This document shows positions 10,265 through 19,953 of a stretch of DNA of 64,000 nucleotides, one piece after another. The notes beneath the pieces are model-generated. The model did no database searches, was not told the origin of the DNA, and saw nothing but the letters and a program-made list of their open reading frames with translations. The stretch lies in NCBI GenBank assembly GCA_937148845.1, contig CAKZRW010000031.1, positions 22,038 to 86,037 of the forward strand, given 5' to 3'. The position numbers were made by a program, and so were the translations under genes. How positions within the stretch are numbered: position 1 is the stretch's first letter; every line of letters begins with the position of its first letter. Source of the DNA: an uncultured Actinomycetes bacterium (GTDB taxonomy: Bacteria; Actinomycetota; Thermoleophilia; RBG-16-64-13).

Positions 10265-10836
10265 CTGGTCGGTTCCCGGGCAGGGTCCGGATCGTGGCCG
10301 GTGCGAAGGGCGGCCTCTGGCTGCGGGTACCGAGCGGCCGGCAGGTACGACCCACAAGCGAGATGGTGAGAGGAGCCATCTTCAACGCCTTGGGGGCCGT
10401 GACGGGAGCACGCGTGCTCGACCTCTTCGCAGGTACGGGGGCGTTGGGGCTGGAGGCACTATCTCGAGGAGCCCGGGATTGTGTGTTCGTAGAGGGTGAC
10501 CGCGCTGTCGCCGAGACGCTCAAGGACAACATCAGGTGGCTCGGCTACGAGGACCGCGTGCGCGTAATGGTCGCCGACTACCGGTCGGCGGTGGAGAACT
10601 TGGTCGGCCAGAACCAGCGCTTTGATTTGCTCTTTGTAGACCCTCCCTATAGAATGCTACCCGAAGTAGAGGCGAGTCTAGTGCCGTGGATATCCGCATT
10701 GCTGTCGGCGGACGGTATCGTGGTCACCGAAGGGAGCAAGCGGCTGCGAGCCACCTTCGGACTGGAGGTGGTATTCGACCGCGTATACGGGGATACCAGG
10801 GTGACCATGGTCAGCGCAAGGAAGGAGAGAGCGTGA
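10261..10836 (+). CDS. rsmD: 16S rRNA (guanine966-N2)-methyltransferase RsmD
   Basis: VLDLFAGTGALGLEA and DPPY motifs. Overlaps the recG stop. Confidence 0.85.
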   Translation: MTGRFPGRVRIVAGAKGGLWLRVPSGRQVRPTSEMVRGAIFNALGAVTGARVLDLFAGTGALGLEALSRGARDCVFVEGDRAVAETLKDNIRWLGYEDRVRVMVADYRSAVENLVGQNQRFDLLFVDPPYRMLPEVEASLVPWISALLSADGIVVTEGSKRLRATFGLEVVFDRVYGDTRVTMVSARKERA

Positions 10837-11324
10837 AGACGGTGCTTTGCCCCGGCACCTACGACCCGGTCACGATCGGTCATCTGGATATCATCACGCG
10901 CTGCAGCGCAATGTTCGACGAGGTCGTTGTGGGGGTGGTGGACGAGTCGTACCGCAAGACCGTACTATTTAGCACCGGAGAACGCGTGCATTTCTTGCAG
11001 GAGTCGACCAAGCACCTGCCGAATGTCAGGGTGGCTGTGATGCGGGGACTCGTGGTCGACTTTGCTCGGGAGGTGGGAGCCAGAGTCCTGGTCAAAGGGC
11101 TCCGGGCTTTGACAGACTTCGAGTACGAGTTCCAGATGGCGCAACTCAACCGCAAACTGGACCCCGAGCTGGAGACAATGTACCTTATGGCCTCGCCAGA
11201 GTATTCGTTTCTCAGCTCGAGCGGGGTGAAGGAGATCGCCAGGTATGGCGGATGTGTGGCCGACCTCGTTCCTCCCGTGGTCGCAGAGCGGTTCGCGGAA
11301 ATGTATGGATCCGTGGAGGGTTAG
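10833..11324 (+). CDS. coaD: Phosphopantetheine adenylyltransferase
   Basis: VKTVLCPGTYDPVTIGHLDII contains the T/HxGH motif. GTGA overlap with rsmD. AGGAGAGAG RBS. The true start is internal to ORF-track 10686..11324. Confidence 0.88.
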   Translation: MKTVLCPGTYDPVTIGHLDIITRCSAMFDEVVVGVVDESYRKTVLFSTGERVHFLQESTKHLPNVRVAVMRGLVVDFAREVGARVLVKGLRALTDFEYEFQMAQLNRKLDPELETMYLMASPEYSFLSSSGVKEIARYGGCVADLVPPVVAERFAEMYGSVEG

Positions 11325-11327
11325 GGC

Positions 11328-11795
11328 ATGGACGTTCTGGTTCTGATCGACAAGCTCGATGATCTGGTCCACAGCGCCAGCACATTCCCTATGACCGACA
11401 AGGTCATGATCGACAGGGAAGAGATCTACGACCTGCTCGACCAGATGCGGGCGACCATCCCTGAAGAGATCAAGCAGGCGCGGTGGATCGTCAAGGAGCG
11501 GCAAGAGATGCTCCAGGAGGCCAAGGAAGAGGCGGAGCGCATCTTGCGGGAAGCGCGCGAAGAGGCGGAGCGGCTGGCAAGTGAACAAGAGATAGTGCGT
11601 CGAGCTCAGCGGCAAGCCGAAGAGATAATCCGCGAGGCAGAGGCTCGGGAACGGGAGATAAGACTGGGAGCCGAAGACTACGCGGACGAGATCCTGAAGA
11701 CCTTGGAGACCAACCTGGACAAGTTCCTGGCCGCCGTCCAGCGCGGACGTCAGCGTCTGCAAAGCGGCTCCTCCGGATCGTCCGATCTCACCTGA
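11328..11795 (+). CDS. Coiled-coil protein of unknown function (E/R/A-rich heptads)
   Basis: 155-aa ORF sitting between coaD and yceD. No recognisable catalytic motif. Confidence 0.5.
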   Translation: MDVLVLIDKLDDLVHSASTFPMTDKVMIDREEIYDLLDQMRATIPEEIKQARWIVKERQEMLQEAKEEAERILREAREEAERLASEQEIVRRAQRQAEEIIREAEAREREIRLGAEDYADEILKTLETNLDKFLAAVQRGRQRLQSGSSGSSDLT

Positions 11796-11829
11796 TCCGG
11801 GCTCGACTTGCGAAACACGGATAACCCCC

Positions 11830-12348
11830 ATGCATCTCAATCTTGTCGAACTGGCTCTGCGCGGGGGGGAGCACTACGAGAGGGCGTTCGCCCTCGAGGT
11901 GGAGCCCATCCTGTTGGGCGGGGCTTCCTTCCAAGTGAGCGTGCCTGAGGGCGTGTGCGTAGCGGTCGACCGGGTGACCGGCGGGTACCTGGTCAAGGTC
12001 GCTCTCACGGCTACGGTCTATGGACCGTGCATGCGTTGTTTGAAGGACACCCGCCTGGAGGTTGTGGCGGAGCAAGAAGAGTTCGCTCCCACGGCGGGCG
12101 GGCAGTGGGACCCTGCTGAGCTCAGCGAATTCATCACCGACCTGGTAGTGGATGTGGATTCCCTCGCTCGCGAGGCGGTCGTGCTGGCGCTACCTTTTCA
12201 GCCTCTATGCAGCGAGGAGTGCAAGGGACTCTGCCCGCACTGTGGGGCCGACCTCAACCTGGGCCCCTGCGGTTGCGAGGGTGTCGAACCCGACCTGCGC
12301 TGGGAGGGTCTACGTGGACTTCTGGAGAGGCGGGAGGAGGCGGAATGA
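11830..12348 (+). CDS. YceD/DUF177 family protein (large-subunit rRNA accumulation)
   Basis: C-terminal CxxC...CxxC (CSEECKGLCPHCGADLNLGPCGCEG). It sits directly upstream of rpmF, as is universal. Confidence 0.8.
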   Translation: MHLNLVELALRGGEHYERAFALEVEPILLGGASFQVSVPEGVCVAVDRVTGGYLVKVALTATVYGPCMRCLKDTRLEVVAEQEEFAPTAGGQWDPAELSEFITDLVVDVDSLAREAVVLALPFQPLCSEECKGLCPHCGADLNLGPCGCEGVEPDLRWEGLRGLLERREEAE

Positions 12349-12438
12349 CCCGGGCCCGGGAGCGCGGAGGTCTTGAAATCTGAGGGACGATAGGGTACAA
12401 ACTCTGGGTTTTATACAGGTCAGGAGAGAGGCGTTCAG

Positions 12439-12618
12439 ATGGCAGTTCCAAAGAGGAAGACTTCCCGCGCTCGCAGAGACTCGCGGCGGGCCACCCACCG
12501 GCCTGCCGCTCCCGCGTTCACAGAGTGTCCCCAGTGTCACAGCCCCCGGTTGCCGCACCGGGTCTGTCCTAATTGTGGGACCTATGGTGGACGTCAGGTG
12601 CTGAAGGTCGAAGAGTAA
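12439..12618 (+). CDS. rpmF: 50S ribosomal protein L32 (59 aa; below the ORF-track size cutoff)
   Basis: Translation reads MAVPKRKTSRARRDSRRATHRPAAPAFTECPQCHSPRLPHRVCPNCGTYGGRQVLKVEE. AGGAGAGAGG RBS 7 nt upstream. It follows yceD. Confidence 0.88.
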   Translation: MAVPKRKTSRARRDSRRATHRPAAPAFTECPQCHSPRLPHRVCPNCGTYGGRQVLKVEE

Positions 12619-12635
12619 GGTCAGGTGGTCGGCTG

Positions 12636-12887
12636 ATGCCCATCATCGTGCAAGAAGGCGAGGCGATGGTAAGCCTGGCTATGGCCATCCAGGCGCCGGA
12701 CGAGAATCTACGGACCAACTCGACTACCACCTTCAGCGGCCCGGTCAAGGTCTTCTACCGCGACTTCGAGGTAGTCCGTATAGAGGCCCGCGAAGGCGAT
12801 CTGGAACTCCTGCCTCCGGTAGTGGGGGCTATCACTTGGCTTCGCAAGGACCGCCGGTATCAGCTCCGGTTAGGCGAGCAGCAGTGA
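12636..12887 (+). CDS. Hypothetical small protein (83 aa)
   Basis: ORF between rpmF and the EF-G paralog: MPIIVQEGEAMVSLAMAIQ.... No recognisable motif and a weak RBS. Confidence 0.35.
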   Translation: MPIIVQEGEAMVSLAMAIQAPDENLRTNSTTTFSGPVKVFYRDFEVVRIEAREGDLELLPPVVGAITWLRKDRRYQLRLGEQQ

Positions 12888-12950
12888 TCGCATTGTGCGA
12901 ATTCTCCACAGGATAGTCGGATAGTTCTCGGTCTCTTTCTAGGAGGATGC

Positions 12951-15032
12951 ATGGCGCTCGTAGGCCCTGACAGGATCAGGAATATCGCGGTGGTCGGTCA
13001 TCGCGGAGCGGGCAAGACCTCGTTGGTCGAGGCTTTGCTCTACACAACGGGCGCCAAGAATCGGCTCGGCTCCGTTATGGACGGGACTGCCACCACGGAC
13101 CACGACGAAGACGAGATCAAGCGTCAGATGACCATTGCGGCCGCATTGGCCCACGTGGATTGGGGCGGCCATAAGATCAACCTGCTCGACACCCCCGGCG
13201 AGGCGTCGTTCATCAACGAAGCGCTCGGTACCCTGGCGGTGGTGGAGGCCGCCCTCGTAGTCGTGAATGCAGTGGCCAAAGTCGAGGTCCAGACGGAGCG
13301 CCTCTGGAAACGTGCACGCGATATGGCGGTGCCTCGGCTGGCCGTTGTCAACATGATGGACCGCGAGCGAGCCGATTTCAGCGACGTCATGGACGCCTTG
13401 CAGGCCCGCTTCGGTGACGAGGTGGTGGCTGTCGCCCTTCCTCTAGGCCGGGAGGCGCAGTTCGAGGGCGTCATCGACCTGGTCGCCATGAAAGCGTGCA
13501 GTTACTCGGGGGCTACGGGCAAGGGGGCAGAGAGGCCGATTCCAGACGAGCTGGTCTCTGCCGCGGAGAAGGCTCGCGAGGTTCTCCTTGATCGGGCGGC
13601 CGAAGCCGACGATACGCTACTCGAGAAGTACCTTGAAACAGGGGAGCTCACCAGTGACGAGCTTCTGGCCGGGCTGAGGGCGGCAGTGGCTGCGGGCACA
13701 TTGTCACCGGTGATTCCAGTGGCAGCCACCAAGAACATCGGCAGCGACCGCCTCCTCGAGCTCTTGCTCAGTGTTCCCTCACCGGTCGCGAGAGGCCCCC
13801 GCAAAGCGACCTCGATGACTGACGGGAGTGAGGTTGAGATAGCCCCGGAAGTCGGCGCTCCTGCCTCTCTCTTCGTGTTCAAGACTATCTACGACCAGTT
13901 TGCCGGTCGTGTCAATCTGGTCCGCATCTTCTCAGGGAAAATCGCCACCGACACGCAGTTGGTAAATGATCGCACGGGTGACAAGGAACGGACCGGCAAC
14001 ATCTTGCTTATGCAGGGCAAAGAAACCAAGGCCATCGAGGAAGCCGGGGCGGGGGACATCGTGGCTTTGGCCAAGCTCAAGGACACGGGCACCGGCGACA
14101 CCCTTTCCGACCCCGCCCGGCCGGTGCGGTTCCCGCGCTATGAGTTTCCGCCGGCTGCTATCTCGTTCGCCATTTCGCCCAAGACTCGCGGCGACGAGGA
14201 GAAGGTCTCCAACGGTCTCAAGCGGCTGAGTGAAGAGGACCCCGCTATGGAGGTGCGCTTCGACCCTCAGACCAAGGAGATGCTCATATCGGGTACGAGC
14301 CAGGTGCATGTGGAAGTGATCCTGGACCGACTCAAGAGAAGATTCGGCGTCGAGGTGGAATTGCACCCGCCGCAAGTGCCTTACCGGGAGACGATCCGCA
14401 AGAAAGCCACCGCCCAAGGGCGGCACAAGAAACAGACCGGCGGTCGGGGGCAGTTTGGCGATTGTTGGATCGAGATAGAGCCGCTGCCAAGGGGTGCCGG
14501 TTATCAGTTTGAGGACGCTATCTTCGGAGGGGCTATCCCCAGGAACTTCATTCCGGCAGTAGAGAAGGGCATCCTGGAGGCCATGGAACACGGAGTGGTG
14601 GCCGGGTATCCCGTGGTCGACGTCAAGGTCAAGCTGTACGACGGGTCCTACCACCCAGTGGATTCGTCTGAATTGGCCTTTAAGCTGGCAGGTGCGCTGG
14701 CCTGGAACAAGGCCATGACCGAGGCTTCTCCAGTACTTCTGGAGCCGGTGATGAACGTGGAAGTGATAGCGCCCGAAGAGAACATGGGCGACATCATGGG
14801 CGACCTATCCAGTCGGCGCGGTCGGCCGCAGGGCAGCGAGAGCATGGGGGAGATGCATGTCATTCGAGCTCAAGTACCGCTAGCCGAGATGCTGACCTAC
14901 GCCGCCCAGCTTCGCTCCATGACGGGCGGCCGGGGCTCGTTCACGATGGAATTCGATCACTACGAGGAAGTACCACCGCATCTCGCGGAGAAGATCATCG
15001 CCGAGGCTAAGGCCCGTAAGGCGGCAGAATGA
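12951..15032 (+). CDS. Elongation factor G paralog (EF-G-like translational GTPase)
   Basis: G1 AVVGHRGAGKTS, DTPG and NMMD G-motifs, plus EF-G domains II-V. 693 aa. GGAGGA RBS. Confidence 0.85.
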   Translation: MALVGPDRIRNIAVVGHRGAGKTSLVEALLYTTGAKNRLGSVMDGTATTDHDEDEIKRQMTIAAALAHVDWGGHKINLLDTPGEASFINEALGTLAVVEAALVVVNAVAKVEVQTERLWKRARDMAVPRLAVVNMMDRERADFSDVMDALQARFGDEVVAVALPLGREAQFEGVIDLVAMKACSYSGATGKGAERPIPDELVSAAEKAREVLLDRAAEADDTLLEKYLETGELTSDELLAGLRAAVAAGTLSPVIPVAATKNIGSDRLLELLLSVPSPVARGPRKATSMTDGSEVEIAPEVGAPASLFVFKTIYDQFAGRVNLVRIFSGKIATDTQLVNDRTGDKERTGNILLMQGKETKAIEEAGAGDIVALAKLKDTGTGDTLSDPARPVRFPRYEFPPAAISFAISPKTRGDEEKVSNGLKRLSEEDPAMEVRFDPQTKEMLISGTSQVHVEVILDRLKRRFGVEVELHPPQVPYRETIRKKATAQGRHKKQTGGRGQFGDCWIEIEPLPRGAGYQFEDAIFGGAIPRNFIPAVEKGILEAMEHGVVAGYPVVDVKVKLYDGSYHPVDSSELAFKLAGALAWNKAMTEASPVLLEPVMNVEVIAPEENMGDIMGDLSSRRGRPQGSESMGEMHVIRAQVPLAEMLTYAAQLRSMTGGRGSFTMEFDHYEEVPPHLAEKIIAEAKARKAAE

Positions 15033-15063
15033 TCGTCTGACCTATCCTTGTCTATGTGGGGGG

Positions 15064-15102
15064 GCGACCGGCGGTCCGCAGGGACCGCCGGTCGCGTCTT
15101 CC
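15064..15102 (+). terminator. Rho-independent terminator after the EF-G paralog
   Basis: Perfect 14-bp stem GCGACCGGCGGTCC / GGACCGCCGGTCGC with a 4-nt loop, followed by GTCTTCC. Confidence 0.7.
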
Positions 15103-15120
15103 GAGCGAGTAGCAGGATGC

Positions 15121-15141
15121 TTGCAATGTCTGTTGTATAAT
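15121..15141 (+). promoter_or_regulatory. AT-rich promoter/operator candidate upstream of the RpiR gene (TTGCAA ... TATAAT)
   Basis: Perfect TATAAT at 15136-15141 with TTGCAA only 9 nt upstream, which is non-canonical spacing. It is embedded in the imperfect inverted repeat GTTGTATAATTCAGCATATGCAAC. This is the only AT-rich stretch in the local GC-rich context. Confidence 0.35.
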
Positions 15142-15177
15142 TCAGCATATGCAACTCGCTCGCATGGCGGAGGGGCG

Positions 15178-16041
15178 TTGGACGAAGTCAGACCACGACG
15201 GCTGAGCGACCTGCTGCGAGAAAGATTCGAGACTTTCTCAAGATCGCAGAAGGCTATAGCGCGCTACATCATCGACCACCTGGAGGAGGTCGGGTACATG
15301 AGCGCCGAGGAGCTGGGTCGCAAAGGTTCCACCTCCAGCTCCACCGTGGTCCGTTTCGCCCAGGCTCTTGGCTTTGCAGGCTATCCCGAGCTACAGCAGG
15401 CTTCCCGGGACGAGTACCGACTAGGCGCTACGGCTCGTCCCATGGTGCACGAGGACCAGCTCGGCTTTGCCATCGAGGAGGACATCCTTACCCGCTCACT
15501 CAAGACCGACGCTATCAGTCTGGAAGAGACCATAAGCAAGAATTCCCTGGAGCGCTTCAATCGGGCTGTGGATCTGCTCGCGGGTGCTTCGCAGGTGCTC
15601 GCCGTGGGCCTGCACGAAGCGGCCGTGGTAGTACTGCATGCCGCCTACGTCCTCGAACTGCTCGGCATCCCCTGCGTGCCGGTCACCGACGGCAATGAGG
15701 CCAACGTCGCCCGCCTCAGCCGTCTCAAAGAGGGTGGTGTCCTGCTTGCCGTAGGCTTCCGCCGGGCCCATCCGGTGACGATCTCTTTCGCGGAGACAGC
15801 TATGGCGCAGGGAGCGACGGTCATCATCATCACCGATAACTCGCTTTCGGAGCTGGCCGGGCGAGGGACGGTCACCCTGTACGCCGATATAGACTCCACT
15901 TTCTTCGCCCACTCTCTGGCGGGACCGGTGAGTCTGGTGGGCGCTTTGGCGTCAGCGATCTACAGCCGCGACCGGGATCTTTACGACGTACGGGTAAGAG
16001 CGGTTCGGGACCGAGCTACAGAGTCGGGCTGGCTGCGGTAG
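15178..16041 (+). CDS. MurR/RpiR family transcriptional regulator (HTH + SIS domain)
   Basis: The N-terminal HTH (SQKAIARYIIDHLEEVGYMSAEELGRKGSTSSSTVVRFAQALGFAGY) and a SIS domain are present. The start is uncertain: TTG 15178 is chosen because ORF-track start 15121 lies inside the putative promoter. Confidence 0.75.
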   Translation: MDEVRPRRLSDLLRERFETFSRSQKAIARYIIDHLEEVGYMSAEELGRKGSTSSSTVVRFAQALGFAGYPELQQASRDEYRLGATARPMVHEDQLGFAIEEDILTRSLKTDAISLEETISKNSLERFNRAVDLLAGASQVLAVGLHEAAVVVLHAAYVLELLGIPCVPVTDGNEANVARLSRLKEGGVLLAVGFRRAHPVTISFAETAMAQGATVIIITDNSLSELAGRGTVTLYADIDSTFFAHSLAGPVSLVGALASAIYSRDRDLYDVRVRAVRDRATESGWLR

Positions 16042-16178
16042 CACCCGGCCGCGCGCAGGACGGGACGCCGGGCGCGTTGAAGCCCCTGCAGGGCTCGGCT
16101 AAACTCTGAGAGCAACGTCGAGGACTGAAAGACAGACGGCCCAGCGGGCGTCAGCTCCAACGGAGGTTCGACCGGAAG

Positions 16179-16931
16179 ATGTCTGGGCATTCCAAGTGGG
16201 CAGGGATCAAACACAAGAAAGCGTTGGTCGATGCGAAGAGAGGGAAGCTCTTCGCCAAGTTGTCGCGCGCCATCACCGTGGCTGCCAGGGAAGGCGGCGG
16301 CGATCCTGAGCACAACGCCGCCTTGGCCCAGGCCATTGTCAAGGCCAAAGACGCGAACATGCCCAATGAGAACATCGAGCGCGCGATCAAGAAGGGCGTC
16401 GGGGCGGGCTCCGAAGCCGAGACCTACTACCACCTTACTTACGAAGGATACGGTCCCGGGGGAGTGGCTTTCTACCTGACCGCACTCAGCGACAATCGCA
16501 ACCGGACAGCAGCCGATGTCAGGCACATCTTCGATCGTAGCGGCGGGAAGTTGGGGGAGGATGGGTCGGTCAGCTGGATGTTCGAACGCAAAGGGGTCAT
16601 TTTCGTCGATGCGACCGCCTACGATGAGGACGAAGTAATGCTGGCGGCTATCGAGGCGGGAGCGGAGGATGTCATCCAGTCCGGAGACTCCTACGAGATA
16701 CGGTGCAGCGTGGCGGATTTCATGAAGGTGCGGGAAGGCCTCCAGAACGCTGGTATCCGCTATACGTCGGCGGAGCTTACGATGATGCCCAAGACCACCG
16801 TGCCCGTCGACGAGAACGACGCCAAGAAAGTCCTACGCCTTCTGGAAGCCCTCGAAGACAACGACGATGTCCAAGAGGTGTATGCCAACTTCGACATCGC
16901 CGACGAGGTCATGGAAGCTTTAGCTAGTTGA
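16179..16931 (+). CDS. yebC: YebC/PmpR family DNA-binding regulator
   Basis: MSGHSKWAGIKHKKALVDAKRGKLFAKL is the canonical YebC N-terminus. It precedes ruvCAB. Confidence 0.9.
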   Translation: MSGHSKWAGIKHKKALVDAKRGKLFAKLSRAITVAAREGGGDPEHNAALAQAIVKAKDANMPNENIERAIKKGVGAGSEAETYYHLTYEGYGPGGVAFYLTALSDNRNRTAADVRHIFDRSGGKLGEDGSVSWMFERKGVIFVDATAYDEDEVMLAAIEAGAEDVIQSGDSYEIRCSVADFMKVREGLQNAGIRYTSAELTMMPKTTVPVDENDAKKVLRLLEALEDNDDVQEVYANFDIADEVMEALAS

Positions 16932-16941
16932 TCGCGGTTGG

Positions 16942-17505
16942 ATGCAGATGAAGCAAGGGCTTGACCGGGTCATCCTAGGTCTGGATCCGGGGACAGCCTC
17001 GACCGGTTACGGCATAATCGCCGTAAACGGCAACTGCTTCCGCGCCTTGGCATACGGAGTGGTGGAGACGGATCCGTCTCTGCGCACGGAGCAACGACTA
17101 GACCGCATCTTCGGAGAGTTGCAGGCTTTGCTTGCCGAGCATGGACCGTCCGCGACAGCGGTGGAGTCGCTCTACTTCAACACCAACGTGCAGACCGCAC
17201 TGGCCGTGGGGCAGGCCAAGGGGGTGGCTCTCCTGGCGTGCGCCAGGGCCGGCTGTGAGGTCTTCGAGTACACACCTCAGCAAGTAAAGCAGGCCGTCGT
17301 GGGATATGGCAAAGCGAGCAAGGAACAGGTCATGGAAATGACGCGGGTGCTCTTGGGACTGCAAGAGGTACCACGCCCCGATCACGCGGCTGACGCTTTG
17401 GCGGTGGCCATTTGCCATGCCAACACCTGCGGGTTGCGGGAGAGGTTGGCTCGCTCCCTGGGCCTGGAGGGTACCCGGCCCCAAGCCCGAGGCAGGCGGC
17501 CATGA
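16942..17505 (+). CDS. ruvC: Crossover junction endodeoxyribonuclease RuvC
   Basis: ILGLDPGTASTGYGII...ESLYFNTN are RNase H-fold RuvC motifs. Confidence 0.88.
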   Translation: MQMKQGLDRVILGLDPGTASTGYGIIAVNGNCFRALAYGVVETDPSLRTEQRLDRIFGELQALLAEHGPSATAVESLYFNTNVQTALAVGQAKGVALLACARAGCEVFEYTPQQVKQAVVGYGKASKEQVMEMTRVLLGLQEVPRPDHAADALAVAICHANTCGLRERLARSLGLEGTRPQARGRRP

Positions 17506-18098
17506 TCGACCGTTTGACAGGGGTAGTGGCCGCCAAGAGTCCGGAGGGTATCGTCGTGGACGTGGGCGGCGTGGGCTTCTTGGCCGAGGTGTCAGGCTTC
17601 ACCATGCGCGAGGTACCAGCCGTGGGAGCGCCCGTGACCCTATATGCCCATTTGCATGTGCGAGAGGACGCCCTGCAGCTCTTCGGCTTTGCTAACGAAG
17701 AGGAGCGAGAACTCTTCCGCCAACTCATCGGGGTCAGCAAGATCGGGCCCAAACTGGCCCTGGCCGTGCTTTCTTCGCGGCGGCCTCGCGAGTTGAAACA
17801 GGCCCTAGCTACCGGTGACGTGGGGACCTTCGCTGCGGTACCAGGGATCGGACGCAAGACGGCCGAACGGTTGATACTTGAGTTGCGGGAGAAGGTTGTG
17901 GCGCAAGGCCTGGGCGGTGCTGCCGCCGAGGGAGGGCCGGGCGCAGGGGCGGCGGAGAGCAGTCCGCTCGCCCTGGCCCGCGCAGCCTTGATGGAGCTGG
18001 GATACTCTTCACTGGACGCCGAGCGGGCATTGGCAGGGCTCGACCCCGCTCTTCCAGTCGAAGAACTGATACGCCATGCCCTCACCCGAGGTCGGTGA
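17502..18098 (+). CDS. ruvA: Holliday junction branch-migration protein RuvA
   Basis: MIDRLTGVV... with an OB domain and a tandem HhH (GIGRKTAERLILEL). ATGA overlap with ruvC. The true start is internal to ORF-track 17412. Confidence 0.88.
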   Translation: MIDRLTGVVAAKSPEGIVVDVGGVGFLAEVSGFTMREVPAVGAPVTLYAHLHVREDALQLFGFANEEERELFRQLIGVSKIGPKLALAVLSSRRPRELKQALATGDVGTFAAVPGIGRKTAERLILELREKVVAQGLGGAAAEGGPGAGAAESSPLALARAALMELGYSSLDAERALAGLDPALPVEELIRHALTRGR

Positions 18099-18104
18099 GA
18101 CTAG

Positions 18105-19142
18105 ATGGACCGAGAACGACTGGCTGACCCCGAGGAAACACCGCAAGAACAGGAGCTGGAGCGGACACTACGGCCCCGCTCGCTCGCCACTTTTGTAGGG
18201 CAACCCGCTCTGCGCGAGCAGCTCGCCATCTTTATAGAAGCAGCCCGTTCGCGGGGGGAACCGTTGGATCACGTGCTACTGGCCGGTCCCCCAGGACTGG
18301 GCAAGACGACGCTGGCCTACATCATCGCCCAGGAGATGGGCGTGAACATCTCGACCACCTCCGGGCCTGCGCTGGAACGCAAGGCAGACATGGCGGCCAT
18401 CTTGACCCATCTAGAGGAAGGGGACGTTCTTTTCATAGACGAGATCCACCGTCTCAATCGCGCGATCGAGGAGATCCTTTACCCTGCTATGGAGGACTTT
18501 CAGATCGACATCGTTGTAGGTCAGGGTCCGAGCGCTCGCACCATACGGCTGGAGTTGCCCCGCTTCACCCTCATCGGGGCTACCACGCGCTCTGGTCTCA
18601 TCACTACGCCTTTGCGGGATCGGTTCGGCTTCTCCCACCGCCTCGACTACTATTCGGTGGAGGACCTCAAGCTCATAGTCCGGCGGTCGGCTGACATCCT
18701 GGGAGTAGAGATCGACGAGGAGGGTGCGCACCAGCTGGCTCTCCGCTCGCGCGGCACCCCGCGCATCGCCAACCGGTTGCTGCGCCGAGTCCGTGACTTT
18801 GCGCAGGTGAGACACCAAGGCAAGATCACTGGAGAGATAGCGTTGGAGGCCCTGCGGCTCTTCGAGGTCGACGACGAGGGACTGGACCGTGTCGACAGGG
18901 AGATACTCAACCTCATTCTTCATAAATTCGACGGCGGACCCGTGGGCCTTTCCACCTTGGCAGTGGCCATCGGAGAGGAAGAGGGCACCATCGAGGATGT
19001 CTATGAGCCGTACCTGCTTCAGCGGGGCTTCCTCATGCGTACGCCGCGAGGGCGCGTCCTCACTCGGCTGGGATACGAGCATTGCGGGGTGACTCCGCCG
19101 GCCCGACCCCACTCACCGCGGCCGGGTACTCTGTTTGAGTGA
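18105..19142 (+). CDS. ruvB: Holliday junction ATP-dependent DNA helicase RuvB
   Basis: AAA+ Walker [12 protein letters not shown], Walker B FIDEIHRL, and the RuvB C-terminal winged helix. Confidence 0.9.
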   Translation: MDRERLADPEETPQEQELERTLRPRSLATFVGQPALREQLAIFIEAARSRGEPLDHVLLAGPPGLGKTTLAYIIAQEMGVNISTTSGPALERKADMAAILTHLEEGDVLFIDEIHRLNRAIEEILYPAMEDFQIDIVVGQGPSARTIRLELPRFTLIGATTRSGLITTPLRDRFGFSHRLDYYSVEDLKLIVRRSADILGVEIDEEGAHQLALRSRGTPRIANRLLRRVRDFAQVRHQGKITGEIALEALRLFEVDDEGLDRVDREILNLILHKFDGGPVGLSTLAVAIGEEEGTIEDVYEPYLLQRGFLMRTPRGRVLTRLGYEHCGVTPPARPHSPRPGTLFE

Positions 19143-19175
19143 GCCGATTGCTCCCGGTAGGCAGAGAGAAGGTGG

Positions 19176-19724
19176 ATGATGAAAGACATGCTGCTGCATA
19201 CCTGTTGCGGACCCTGTGCCAGCGCAGTCTTTCCTTATTGGACGCAGAAGGGCTTCCGGATAGGCGGGCTTTTCTTCAATCCGAACATCCATCCGTTCCA
19301 AGAATGGCGATGTCGGGCTGAGGGTGCTGTCCAAGTGGCGGAGAAGTGTGGGGTGGAGCTGCTGATCGATGGGACCTATGATCCTGCCGCTTGGTTTGCG
19401 CAGGTGAGAGAAACGGACGAGCGTCGCTGCTTGGTATGTATCCGAGAGCGGCTCCGCCAGACTGCTCAACAAGCCGCCAAGGAAGGCTATTCTTGCTTTT
19501 CTACCACATTGGCGGTCAGTCCTTACCAGGACCACCCGGCCATCCGACAAGCAGGGCAGCAGGCAGCGGAGCTCTCGGGGGTTGAGTTCGTGTATAGAGA
19601 CCTCAAAAACCTCTACAATGAGTCGCGCCGACGAAGCCGGGAGTGGGGCATCTACCGTCAGAAATACTGCGGATGTTTGATCTCGGAGTGGGAGCGGTTC
19701 CGTGAATCTCGAACAGATCGCTAG
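19176..19724 (+). CDS. queH: Epoxyqueuosine reductase QueH (DUF208)
   Basis: LLHTCCGPCAS N-terminus and a C-terminal YRQKYCGCL, which are the QueH cysteine signatures. Adjacent to queA-tgt. Confidence 0.8.
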   Translation: MMKDMLLHTCCGPCASAVFPYWTQKGFRIGGLFFNPNIHPFQEWRCRAEGAVQVAEKCGVELLIDGTYDPAAWFAQVRETDERRCLVCIRERLRQTAQQAAKEGYSCFSTTLAVSPYQDHPAIRQAGQQAAELSGVEFVYRDLKNLYNESRRRSREWGIYRQKYCGCLISEWERFRESRTDR

Positions 19725-19920
19725 GGTGCTGCTATGGGTAGGGGTAGCCGTCTTAGTCCTGGGCGGGTTGCTGTATCTTGCCGCCAAACTAGGCCTGACC
19801 AAGCTGCCGGGGACTTTGGTGTTCCGCGGCGAGAATGTCACCGTTTACATCCCGCTTGGTCTCATGGTGCTGGTGAGCATCCTGGGCTCGCTCCTGCTTC
19901 ATTTCCTGTCCCGACGTTGA
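19702..19920 (+). CDS. DUF2905 small membrane protein
   Basis: Two transmembrane helices and LPGTLVFRGENVTVYIPL, matching the DUF2905 pattern. Overlaps the queH 3' end by 23 nt in another frame. Confidence 0.6.
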   Translation: MNLEQIARVLLWVGVAVLVLGGLLYLAAKLGLTKLPGTLVFRGENVTVYIPLGLMVLVSILGSLLLHFLSRR

Positions 19921-19953
19921 CAGCGGACACCCCGAGACCGGTCGGAGGGCGTT

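Noticed and set aside
10965-11840. 291-aa minus-strand ORF
   Set aside because: It is antisense to coaD, the coiled-coil gene and the yceD start. There is no RBS, the composition is biased, and the sense-strand genes have clear homology.
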